Source: Octopus sinensis
Lineage: Eukaryota
DNA: 36,597 nucleotides
Reading direction: 5' to 3'
Assembly: GCF_006345805.1 (NCBI RefSeq)
Contig: NW_021824692.1
Location: 1-36,597, forward strand
Both the position numbers and the translations under genes were made by a program. Numbering within the stretch: the stretch's first letter is position 1; the number at the start of each line of letters is the position of its first letter. The notes beneath the pieces are model-generated. The model was not told where the DNA came from, made no database searches, and worked only from the letters and a program-made list of their open reading frames with translations. This document shows positions 22,821 through 34,231 of the stretch, piece after piece.

Positions 22821-23031
22821 CAGTGCTTTTCAAACTTCTTGCTGGAGCGAAACCCTAAGGAAACATTCCACTGGCTCGAGGAACCACTGTGCAATAGTTT
22901 AATAGTTTAATATCTGCACAGGAAAATTAAAAATTACTGCCGATTTTAGCAGTTTTGTAACTTCTTGCGGAACCCCTGGACTGCACTGGCCGAACCCTAA
23001 CGTTCCGCGGAACCCTGGTTGAAAACCACTG
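22821..23031. mobile_element. hAT (Buster/Charlie-type) MITE, 211 bp
   Basis: TIRs CAGTGCTTTTCAA / TTGAAAACCACTG; exact 8-bp TSD CTTTAAAG (central TA) at 22813-22820 and 23032-23039. Confidence 0.9.
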
Positions 23032-23185
23032 CTTTAAAGCCTGACTTATTCAGGTTATCAATTGCGGTTCATGACGTTACATGCTTATCCTTGTCTGTCC
23101 CAAACAACAATATCCGGTCAGTTATGTTTACACTTGACAAGCGGCTGTGTGTTGAGAAGCTTTCTTCCCAAAGTTATAGGCGATA

Positions 23186-24386
23186 AAGTTTTCGAAAATT
23201 TTCTCCAAAATCTTACAAAATTCTTTTGAAAATTTTCCCCAAATGTTTTTTAAAAAGTTTTTGAAAACTTTTTCAAAAAATTTTGCCCAAAAACTTTCGA
23301 AAAAGTTTTCAAAAAATTTTTGGGCAAAATTTTCTAAAAAGTTTTCGAAAACTTTTTTGGGAAAATTTTCAAAACTTTTTCTAAAATTTTGGAGAAAATT
23401 TTCGAAAAACTTTTCAAAAATTTTTGGGGGGAAATTTTCAAAAAATTTTTGAAAAATTTTTGGGTATAATTTTCAAAAATATATTCGAAAAATTTTGATG
23501 GGGAAATTTAAAAAAAATTTTTTTTTAATTTTTGGGGAGAATTTTCAAAAAAAATCTTCCAAAAGTTTTGGGCAAAATTTTTGAAAAACTTTTCAAACAT
23601 TTTGGGGAGGAAATTTTCATAAATTATTTTCTAAAATTCTGGAGAAAATTTTCGAAAAATTTTTCTAAAATTTTGGAGAAAATTTTTCTAAAAACTTTTC
23701 GAAAACTTTTTGGGCAAAATTTTCAAAAAATTTTTAGGGAAAATTTTCGAAAAAAGTTTTTAAAAATCTTCAAAAAATTTTTTGCAAATTTCCTCCCCAA
23801 AATTTTTGAAAAGATTTTCGAAAAAAAGTTTTTGAAATGTTTTTGCACAAAAATTTTTGAAAAGTTTTTCGAAAATTTTCTCCAAAATCTTAGAAAAATC
23901 TTTTGAAAATTTTCCCCAAATGTTTTTGAAAACTTTTTCCAAAACTTTTTTGAAAACTTTTTCAAAACTTTTTTGAAAAGTTTTTTGGAAATTTTTCCCC
24001 AAAATTTTTCAAAATTTTCAAAATATTTTGCCCAAAAATTTTCGAAGAACTTAAAAAAAAAAATTTTTGAAAAGTTTTTCGAAAATTTTCTCAAATCTTA
24101 GAAAAATTTTTTGAAAATTTTCCCCAAATGTTATTGAAAAATTTTCGGAAAATTTTTGGTGAAAATTTTCAAAGAATATTTGGGTACAATTTTCGGTGAA
24201 AATTTTCGAAAAATTTTTGGGTAAAATTTTCGAAAAGTTTATGGGTAAAATTTTGGGTGAAAATTTTCAAAAAATATTTCAAAAATTTTTGGGGAAAATT
24301 TTCAAAAAATTTTTCAAAATTTTTGGGGAAAAAAATTTTCAAATAGATTTTCAAAATTTTTTGGGAAAATTTTCAAAGATTTTTGA
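23186..24386. repeat. A-tract/T-tract array (AAAATTTT plus a 2-4 nt spacer) with subunits in both orientations
   Basis: TTTTCTAAAATTTTGGAGAAAATTTTCGAAAAA near 23378 and 23627; reverse complements near 23190, 23855 and 24065. Confidence 0.9.
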
Positions 24387-25270
24387 GACATGATGTTTTG
24401 ACCATATTGTGTGTGTCCTTTTAATTAATTTTTTTTCAACTAAACAGTTAAAAACTTCCGTTACTGGTAGAATATGTCACATAGAACAGGGTTTACTCTT
24501 AACGTTTTGGATAAAATTTTGTACTTTAGAAGTTATTTCGTCTGAAGTTACAGAGTGACAATGGACAAATTAATATTTGATTAGTGCCAATACACGAAAC
24601 TCTCAGCTTTTGACTTACTCTCTAACTTCTTCCGATGATATATATACATATTGCATAAATGTGTAAAAAGAAATCTTATCACGCAATCGAACCAATGAAA
24701 GAACATCTAACTGGTCGTTCCACACGTTAAAAATAGCAGCCAAAGTAGCCCCCTACCTAAATCACACGCCCATTGTATGTAATGTCCTAGATTATCCCTA
24801 AAAAGACGGTTTGCTGAAGGCCAGAATGTCTTTGATGATACGTTTTCAGTATCAGGGTTGATTTGAGGCTAAATAACAACATTATAGTCAATTTTTATAT
24901 TAACACCCGCACGATTTTCACTAAGAAAAAAAAAGATTTTTTGCGTGGATTCAAGACCTTGACCTCCTAATGTGCTGCAAATCCCTTATTTTGGTTCGGA
25001 AAAAATTAGGTGGGGTTCACCCTCCCAATCCCGGAATCGATGGAATAATATTTCAATTTATCCATGTTGAATTCAAATATATGTTGTGATTGAATTATTT
25101 GATATTACCCATCTACACAAAATTTATGGCAGGGATTTTTACCGTGTTGATCGTTGCACCATGGATCACCAAAAATTACAAACAACAAGATCCCAAAACG
25201 ATCAGTTACCAGGCTCACCTTAAGTAACCTAATTTTGCAATATTAGGAGGTCACAGGAACTCATTCAACG

Positions 25271-25668
25271 AAAAAACAGGACAAGTTATTACACCTGTAA
25301 GAGTATAGGACAATCTATTACTTCAAGTAAAGAATAAGAAACTTTTTACTTAAAATATTGCAGCTAAAATTAAAATTTGAATATTAAAAATTATATTATT
25401 ATAGTTTTCAAATAACACTATACATATTTAAGTACAATTTGGCTACTTTACTACTTTAAATACAGAAAATAGTGACTAATTAGAAAAAAGCTTGCAAATT
25501 AGCTGAACAGTTTTGCGCAATAAAAGATGAGAACTCTAAAGAGTGATAAATTAGAAGTGGCATTCTTTGGTGCAATATTTTAAGTAAAAAGTTTCTTATT
25601 CTTTATTTTACTTGAAGTAGTAGTTTGTCCTATACCTTTACAGGTGTCATAACTTGTCCCGTACTTTT
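25271..25668. mobile_element. MITE-like element with ~85-90 bp terminal inverted repeats
   Basis: 25279-25362 (GGACAAGTTATTACACCTGTAA...TTAAAATATTGCA) is the reverse complement of ~25571-25659 with a few mismatches and a 5-bp indel; TSD not resolved. Confidence 0.7.
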
Positions 25669-25799
25669 CCAGATTTATAATCTTAAGAATATTACTTTTC
25701 ATGCTTGCATTTTTCCATGTATATATATATAAATACATGACAGTACATGAAGTTTGTTAAAAAAAAGGGGATCATGTATATACCTTTTGGCTGTTGAGA

Positions 25800-28700
25800 T
25801 TATAACACCTCGTTGTAAACAACGTTCCTTGTTTTTCCTTGTGGAGCATATACAAAAAGGTTTCTTTTGGTTCCTACTCTTGAGCAGCCAACATACAGTT
25901 GCCCATGTGAGAAGCAGGGCTCTTCCAAGAGAAGACCAGCTACAGAGAGGGTTTGACCCTGAAATTTGTTAATGGACATGGCAGAGCTGACACGAAGGGG
26001 AAATTGCAGTCTTCTGTATGTAAATGGAATTTCTGCTCCTGATGGAGTAAGAGGAATTCTTGGAATAAAGACGTCATCACCTTTTCCACATCCAGAAAGA
26101 ATGATCGCCTCGATAACGTGATATCATTTTCTTTATCACCAGTCGTGTTCCATTGCAAAGTCTTGGTGGTTCCAGATTGTGGAGTAGCATTACAGGAGTT
26201 CCAACTTTAAGTGCTAATATGTGTGGAGGTAGTCCAGGAGGCTCCAGTGAATTGAGAAATTCAGACTTATAAGTGTGTATAGTGCCGGGAAGAGAATGCA
26301 TTAGCTGTTGATTAATTTTGTTAACAGCGACGTTTTTTGGACCTAATATTGCTCTTTTACACAGCCAATTGTGATTTTGGTAGTTTTGTGTAAAGTTGTG
26401 AAATCTTCGTTTTTGAGGTCATCTACAGAATTAACAACAGAGGAAAATGACCACACTTCCATTTGTCCTACAGCATCGAGAGGCATCGCCTTTACCAAGT
26501 GTCAAAATGTCGTGTGCAAACTTTGTGGACATTTTGTCGCCGTGTAGCTGAGCTCTCATGTTAGTGGTGAGACTGAGGATTGTAACATGATGCCACAGGG
26601 TAGAGGACTTTAGGCATGCTCGGACTCCATCTGCTCTAGTGCCTTTCGGAATGACAGGAAGAGTTTGCCTGAAATCACCTGACAACAGAAGCGTTACACC
26701 TCCCATTGGAGCCCGACAGTCTCGGATATCTTTCAGGGATCTATCTAATACTTCCAAAGCTCCCTTGTGAGCCATAGTGCACTCATCCCAGACAATTAGA
26801 TGACATATTTTAAGTACTTGTCCCTGATCTGAGCTTTTGTTGATGTTGCATGAAGGCATTTCGGATGCTGCTAAATTGAGAGGGAGTTTAAAAGTTGAGT
26901 GTGCCGTCCTGCCACCGGAGGAGGCTACAGCTACTGCAATGTCCTGATGCTGCCTAACTTATGCAAGGAGAAGCTTTGTAATAAATGTTTTTCCTATCTC
27001 TCCAGGAGCATCGAGGAAGAAGATTCGTCCCTCGCGTTGGCGTACACTGTTAAGAATAGTTCTATAGGCCTGTAGCTGGTCCGGAAGTAATTTAGGCTCA
27101 TTTTCAACAGTGTACTTTGAAAGCGCTTGAGTGTCGTAGGTTGTTTCACGAATGACAGCAGTGGGAAGGCTATTTGACTCTGACCTGAATGCTTGTGGCA
27201 GGCCATACGTTGACAATTCATTTCCACCCAGTTTAGCAATTCTGTCTTCAATGTCAATGAGTGTTTTGTTATAGATTTCATTGCTGATACCCTCCATGTC
27301 AGGATAGAGCAGTTGAGCTTGGCGCTGAAAGTCTTCAGCCAGGTTGTCTCTATATTTGAGCCATAGAGTGCCCGGATCACACAGTTCGCATGCCTGTAGT
27401 AATACTGCAAATAGTGCCCTGAGACTTTTAAGTGATTGTGATAAAGCAGCATCTCCTAAAGTTGCATCCCATTGTGCACCATCTTCTAACCGACCTTGTT
27501 GATAGCAGGCTTCTCTGTATGTTGTGCAGACATGTCCATGAACGGTTTTTAGGGCCTGGAAAGACGTTAGCCCTCTGACCTCATGCAGTAGTAGACGAAG
27601 GTAGAAGCACTGTTGTTGAGTGGGATGCACTATGTATATTCGCCCAAGGCAAGTGTGAAACTTAATGCCAGGGTATCCATGAACATTTTGACCTGCTTTC
27701 CATGGGGCCCATTTTTTTCCATTCCAAGTGTAGTACGATGAAATCTGTGGATACAGCAAGGTTTGAGTGAATGGATCCACTTGGCAAAGCTTGAAGAATG
27801 CAGTGAGTGTGCTATCCCTTGGTTCCTATGCCAACAGAGAAGCATTAGCATCGGTGAAGTACACTATTTGACCATTTTCCAGATGCACTGCAAGCTGTTG
27901 AATGGCGGGGTGTCGTTGGTGAATTGGAAAGCCAAAGATGCGCCAGAAACCCTCGTTGCTACTTATGTACCGTCCCACCTGATAATGCGTCACCTCATCC
28001 TGGCAGTATTCTTGTTGAAGTCCAAACATTGCAGCGTCAGAACCCTTGTTTACATATTTGCAAACGAACTTGATGGATTTAACGGAGTTGCAAAACTCAA
28101 CGTTGATGTGGGCATTGAAAGTCTTTGACAGGAGTGGGCAGTATGGAACAATCCATCTATTATCTATATCGTGCTGTCCGATAGTTGCTGTGAAACCTCC
28201 GTCTTCTGGTTTTCTGCGTCTGTATGATGGATACCCATCAGCACCTGTCTGAGTTTCTTGTAGGAACCTCCTTGGAAATCTTTTTTGAACATACGCTGTC
28301 CTTCAAGCATGGTGTGTTTATGTTGAATCCACACCCACATGGACCATGTACCATGTTTGCTTTAACTATTTTGTATAGTTCTTTGTCTAAAGCTGGATCA
28401 GGAAGCTCTGCAGAGATTATGTTGTCGATGTCATTGGAATTGATCTTCGCTGAGAGCCAAAGCAGGATATGAGCAGGTGGAAGTCCCCCCTTTTGCCACT
28501 CGATTGTGTACATGTCACATTGTATGGGTCCAAAGACTTTCCCTTTTTGTATGAGCTCCATGAGAGAGATTAACTTGAGATGGAAAACTCGGGCGTTGAG
28601 ATTCCGGTTCGAATGTAAGGCAGGTTTGAAAGTGTTCCCAACAGTTATTAGTTGTAGTGGTAGAGTGTTTATGCCGAATATGTACGTATGCATGTATATA
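25800..28700 (-). pseudogene. Helitron RepHel protein (HUH Rep plus Pif1-like SF1B helicase), multiply disrupted
   Basis: ARVFHLKL, EWQKGGLPPAHIL (HUH decayed), MVHGPCG, GYPSYRRR, DNRWIVPY, HINVEFCNSVKSIKF..KY, GRYISSNE; LDAPGEIGKT, LIVWDECTM, GGVTLLLSGDFRQTLPV, LTTNMR, PPGLPPHILALKVG, LCNGTRL, GQLYVGCSRVG, KTRNVVYNEVL*. Confidence 0.95.
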
Positions 28701-28724
28701 TTTGTATGTATGCCTGTATATATG

Positions 28725-28856
28725 TACAAAATCCACCGAGAAGGCTTTTGTTGGTCTGAGGCTACAGCAGAAGACACATGCCAAGTCACCACACAGTGGG
28801 ACTGAACCCAGAACTATGTGTTTGGAACGTATTTTTTTACCACACAGCCACACCTG
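28725..28856 (-). mobile_element. SINE family A 5' portion, at the upstream edge of the Helitron Rep homology
   Basis: Reverse complement reads GGTGTGGCTGTGTGGTAA...GGTTCAGTCCCACTGTGTGG...GTCTTCTGCTGTAGCC. Confidence 0.75.
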
Positions 28857-29875
28857 CCCCTATGTATGTGTGTGTGTGCGTATGTGTGTATGGGTAGATA
28901 TATTATGCATGTATATATGTGTATATATATGTGTATATATATGTGTACATATTACATGTACATCTATATATGTACATCTACACATAAAATACAAAATACA
29001 AAGTTATATCTTGATATCACTTGTGATAACAATACTCAAAATATATAACAGACTGGAATTGTAGGCCCGTCTCTTGCAATTTCGATCAATTGGATCTTGT
29101 CCTCCCTCTTGTATAGAAGTGTACGGCTGCAGCGAAATTCATTTTTGGACTTTCTTCTATCGAAGGCATTTTGACAAAAATGCTTCCGTAAAGACGGTGA
29201 AAATATTGTCAATTTCCCCAAACAGAGACACAATTCAATTTTTAAACAATAACCAAAGACCCTTCTCTGAAAAGGTGAGGGTTACGGTTTACAATTATTT
29301 AACAAATGCAACACAACAACGTTTCCCTGACGAGGAAACAACAAACGTGATTACAATAGTCAAACAGTAATAATAATAACAACAAACCTTTTTAATTTAT
29401 TCCCATTTATGTGAAACCACTTATTCAAGTTCAAGTCATTGATTCAATTTTATACGAATTGCTAATACACACACACACACACATAATAAGGGTGAAAAAT
29501 TGAATATTAATATGAATTGAAAACCAGTGGTGTAGCATATAAGACCATACCGGATCTTCTTCTAGCAAAATGGATGACCATTGTTAATGGTTCATCCGTG
29601 TTATATAATACTTTCACTTTAATAGTGAAAGTGTCTGCATTACAAAAGAGAGATGTTTTTGTTTCACTTTTAACACGTAATACTGAAATAGTGGAGAAGA
29701 TATGATATTGCTGTGGGGTCGCCCTAGGGAAAAAGTTAAGATTTTTTACCGATGACACTCCCCGGACATTAAGTAAGGCATGTGTAAAATTTGAATGAAA
29801 TTGGTTGTGTAGTTCTCAAGTTTTAGGGAAACACACAGACAGACAGACACATATTCTCAGTTTTATATATACATA

Positions 29876-29920
<45 letters not shown>

Positions 29921-29968
<48 letters not shown>

Positions 29969-30143
29969 AGATAGATAGATAGTAGATAGATAGGTAGATA
30001 GATAGATAGGTAGGTAGGTAGAGAGAGATATACATATATATGTATCAATATGGATGTGCGTGTAATTTCAATTGTATGTATATCTATATATACATATATG
30101 CACATATCTATATATATGTTTATATATATGTATGTACATATAG

Positions 30144-30203
<60 letters not shown>

Positions 30204-30419
30204 GGTATGTATATATATATATATATATATAATATATATATATATAGACATATATACAAATATGCATGTGTGAGTTAGAGTGTGTGCGTGCATGCGGGTG
30301 TGCGTGTGATGCGTTTAATGGCCAACTGATTTTGGTTTTTCATTACTCTCAATAGTCACAAGACGAAGCTTGGGTTTGTAGCTAACATATTCAACAATAT
30401 CATAAGTATGTATATATAC

Positions 30420-30452
<33 letters not shown>

Positions 30453-30523
30453 CGTGTGTATGTAAGTCTATATATGGGTATGTTTGTATATACCTATGTA
30501 TATATATATGTATATATACATAC

Positions 30524-30566
<43 letters not shown>

Positions 30567-30588
30567 TATATATATGCATACATATATG

Positions 30589-30619
<31 letters not shown>

Positions 30620-30646
30620 CATACATATATACATATATATATAGAC

Positions 30647-30701
<55 letters not shown>

Positions 30702-31038
30702 CGTATACGTACATAAATACATAGAAGTTCGTTATAATTTCCATTGATTTTCCTGTACATTCATTTTCTTTCATGCTTGAAATATCCTATTTGGATTTAA
30801 AAGATAGGTGGTTGACCTCTCACTCTTGCCCGGAGCAAGGTCAAAGCTAGAACTCGGGTTAACTAAATCGATAGAACACTTCAAAGAACCTCAGTCACTT
30901 CCGTTCTTAGATTATTAGTACTGCGAATATTGGGCAATACTTTCTCTTAACGATTTCCATTGATCTACATCACAAGTTTGTCTATATATTATCTATATTA
31001 TCAGCACACAATCCATATGTAAGCACACAGACACCCGC

Positions 31039-31076
<38 letters not shown>

Positions 31077-31407
31077 GCACACTTACATATATACATATAT
31101 ATATATATATTATATATATATATATATATACAAATATACAGGCACTCACATACACCTGTATATACTTACATACATTTATTCATATATATTTTCATATATA
31201 TACGCAAACAATCTCATAGATACATAGGTATATGTGTATACGTGCAAACGCATTATACATATGTATATGCATGTGTATATATATATATATATATAGATAT
31301 ATATATATATAGATATATATATATATATAATATATATATAATATATATATAATATATATATATATATGTATATACTATATGGTTTTATATGTAATTTGTA
31401 ATATATA

Positions 31408-31447
<40 letters not shown>
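29921..31447. repeat. (GATA)n, (TA)n, (TG)n and (CA)n blocks with short unique spacers
   Basis: Direct reading. Confidence 0.85.
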
Positions 31448-31448
<1 letters not shown>

Positions 31449-31480
31449 TTTATTTAAAGCAGCAGAAAATTCAACAAAAC

Positions 31481-31518
31481 CTGTTACTCTGAGTTTCCCG
31501 TTGCCGTTCATCGGACAG
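31481..31518 (-). ncRNA. Mirror hammerhead fold, identical to 31562-31599
   Basis: Exact reverse complement in the left arm of the palindrome. Confidence 0.6.
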
Positions 31519-31561
31519 TTTTGCTAGAATGGAAACTATATCGGTTCCATTCTAGCAAAGA

Positions 31562-31599
31562 CTGTCCGATGAACGGCAACGGGAAACTCAGAGTAACAG
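31562..31599 (+). ncRNA. Minimal type I hammerhead ribozyme fold
   Basis: CUGU-CCGAUGA-ACG(GCAA)CGG-GAAA-CUC(A)GAG-UA-ACAG. Helix I 4 bp, helix III 3 bp with 1-nt loop, GUA site (cut after 31595); U4C core change and A.G mismatch at the base of helix II. Confidence 0.6.
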
Positions 31600-31733
31600 G
31601 TTTTGTTGAATTTTCTGCTGCATTAAATAAAGCACGTTACCCTACCACTGGTATTTCAGTACTCTTTTTTCCACCTTGTTTCACATTTATGTGTTTACTC
31701 CGGTATATATATATATATTATATATATATATAT

Positions 31734-31772
<39 letters not shown>

Positions 31773-31922
31773 TAATCCAAACAAGAAAACAAAAAGACAA
31801 CAACGCAAGGATGTGGAACAAATAAAGTATTATTGGACGCCCAGGAAAGAAGGGAAGAAGGATATATATATATATATAGAGAGAGAGAGAGGGAGAGATA
31901 GATACATATATATATAATATAT

Positions 31923-31975
<53 letters not shown>

Positions 31976-32471
31976 ATGTATGTATGTATGTATGTATACA
32001 TATGTATGCCCCTGACTATTTGTGCTTGTTTATTTGTATGTAATTTTGTATGCAACATTTGTATGAACATCTGGAACCCTCATCATCGTAACCGACGGAG
32101 TGCTGCCACTGACAACAAATCCGGAAAACTAATATTTGTCAAATTCCATTGAGCGAACATATAGAAATATGTGGTGAGAAAATGTTTCTAATTTTTCCTT
32201 TCCACAAGCTTACATGGCACAAGTCAGGTTGATAGAAAAATAAAAGAAAAACGTTTCATTAAAATGTTCAAACCTGTTCTGAACGGAAACAACAACAATG
32301 ATATAACAATCAGTAAATGATGTGGATTAAAAAATATCTTTAACGTATCAATATAATAAAAAATTACAGAAGGCTCCCACCGATTGAAATAAAAAAACAC
32401 TCAAAACCAACTACGTTTGGTTACTCATAAAACCCTTACATGTAAACCGCAAGCTAAATGGTTAAAATATA

Positions 32472-32631
32472 GGCGGGATCTATACCAGTAATATCGGTGC
32501 GCCCGTTTAAGCTGCACGGTGATTGGTCAAATCCGTATTCGAAAAATTCAGCTTGTCGCATCCTTCTGAAAGGTATAAAAATGAAGACGCCAGTCATCTC
32601 ACTACAGTTGTCAAACACTCAGCTGTCAGTT
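32472..32631 (+). promoter_or_regulatory. Promoter-like motif set (GGCGGGA, inverted CCAAT, TATA, Inr-like)
   Basis: GGCGGGA 32472, ATTGG 32522, TATAAAA 32574, CAGTT 32605 (TATA at -32), TCAGTT 32626. Confidence 0.25.
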
Positions 32632-32647
32632 GATACGTTTTGAAATC

Positions 32648-32875
32648 TATTTCTTTACTGCCCACAAGGGGCTAAACATAGAGGGGACAAACAAGGACAG
32701 ACATAGGTATTAAATCGATTACATCGACCCCTGTGCATAACTGGTACTTAATTATCGACCCCGAAAGGATGAAAAGCAAAGTCGACCTCGGCAGCATTTG
32801 AACTCAGAACGTAACGGCAGACGAAATACGGCTACGCATTTCGCCCGGCGTGCTAACGTTTCTGCTAGCTCGCCG
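32648..32875 (-). mobile_element. Full-length SINE family B with TSD
   Basis: Aligns with the other B copies; GTTT(T/C)GAAATC at 32637-32647 and 32875-32885. Confidence 0.9.
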
Positions 32876-33007
32876 TTTCGAAATCGGATGATTCCTACGA
32901 ACGTATGACAGCGCCGATTGAACTTTATGAATATTACTAAATATTTCTTTTTAATGTCTAACACACTTCAACACTGTATAAAACTTTATGTGTGGCGGTG
33001 TGTGTGT

Positions 33008-33198
33008 GTAGATAAAACAGAGGACAACTGATGAAGGGAATGCTCTTTATGTTGCCTGTCCCGTTTCTCTGTTTGATTCTTTCGTTGTTCGAAAAAAGTT
33101 CGTTTTCTATGTTTTTGATTTTTATGTTCTTGTTTCTCATTTTGTCTACGGTTTTTCGATGTTCTGTACCCATATATGCATGTATATATGCATATAGT
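33008..33198 (+). repeat. ~185-bp dispersed repeat, copy 1 (PLE-like terminus?)
   Basis: GGACAACTGATGAAGGGAATG...TGTACCCATATATGCATGT; repeated at 34051-34231. Confidence 0.75.
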
Positions 33199-33510
33199 GG
33201 AGGCGCAATGGCCCAGTGGTAAGGGCAGCGGACTCGCGGTCGTAGGATCGCGGTTTCGATTCCCAGACCAGGCGTTGTGAGTGTTTATTGAGCGAAAACA
33301 CCTAAACCTCCACGAGGCTCCGGCAGGGGATGGTGGCGATCCCTGCTGTACTCATTCCCTACAACTTTCTCTCACTCTTACTTCTGTTGACCTGCTCGCT
33401 TAGCCAGCGGGGTGGCGTCATTTGAAGGCTAAAACAATGCGAAGCGCATTGTGACCAGCGATGTGTAGCAACATCTGATAGCCTGGTCGATCACGGTGAT
33501 CACGGTGATA
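33199..33510 (+). mobile_element. Full-length tRNA-derived SINE family D (possibly tRNA-Arg-derived)
   Basis: GGAGGCGCAATGGCCCAGTGG A-box, GGTTTCGATTCCC B-box, ends in ATCACGGTG x2; may correspond to a described octopus OR-type SINE, unverified. Confidence 0.8.
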
Positions 33511-34050
33511 TACATATATATGTAGGTATGTACATATATGTATGCATATATATGCATGTACTTATATATATTTTTTATATTATTATATGATCGAACGCCA
33601 CTCATCAATTTCCAAGTAAATTTTATCTTAATAGTTGCGACTCGCACTTTTATTCTATCTCTATTCTTTCTATCTATCTCCCTCTCTTCTTCTTTCTTTC
33701 TGTTTTTCGCTCCCACTCTTATCCAATTCTTCTCTTCCCTTCACCATCCACCCTCTCTCTCTCACTCTTCCTCCTTGACTCTCTCGATGTTCACACGTGA
33801 CCAACGGCTGTCCATCTTTCTTTCTAAAGACAAGACGTGCTTTTACCTGTCTCTTCTCAAAGCTCGTTTTTCCAACGTTCACCAATTCACATCGTCTTGG
33901 ATTAACAGCCCCCACTGTTTGTTTTGTTCTCACTGTCCTGTTTTTGTTACCACTTTATACCCCCGCAAAAATCCCAAATTTGAATTAATTTACTTTGCGG
34001 GAAGGGCTGTTTTAACGAAGTCGCATCTTATCCATACATTCGAACGCGGA

Positions 34051-34231
34051 GTAGATAAAGGGACAACTGATGAAGGGAATGTTCTTTATTTTGCCTGTCC
34101 CGCTTCTCTGTTTGTTTGTTATTTTCATTGTTCGAAAGAAAGCTCGCTTTCTATATTTTTGTTTTTATGTTCTCGTTTCTCATTTTACCTACGTCTTTTT
34201 GATGTCCTGTACCCATATATGCATGTGCATA
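34051..34231 (+). repeat. ~180-bp dispersed repeat, copy 2
   Basis: Direct repeat of 33008-33198, ending at the Helitron 5' terminus. Confidence 0.75.

Larger units (their letters stand above)
25800..29920 (-). mobile_element. Helitron, formerly autonomous, decayed and internally deleted
   Basis: RepHel remnants at 25800-28700; probable 5' end A|TCTATAATAA(TA)n...TATAAAACTGAG...(GTCT)n at 29920-29700; 3' hairpin/CTAG not found. Confidence 0.85.
31448..31702. mobile_element. Palindromic Penelope-like fragment (arms 31448-31534 and 31545-31632)
   Basis: ~87-bp arms differ by one substitution and one 1-nt indel; PLE assignment inferred from the hammerhead and the inverted architecture. Confidence 0.6.

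Noticed and set aside
23243-24393. KFSKNF-repeat ORFs that look like amphipathic peptides
   Set aside because: They appear on both strands and in several frames because A/T tracts rarely make stops; no splice or start context.
27763-28805. Plus-strand ORFs over the Helitron
   Set aside because: Antisense shadows of RepHel.
33022-33062. Hammerhead at CTGATGA in the direct repeats (also 34067)
   Set aside because: No GAAA or helix III between the core and the helix I partner in either copy.
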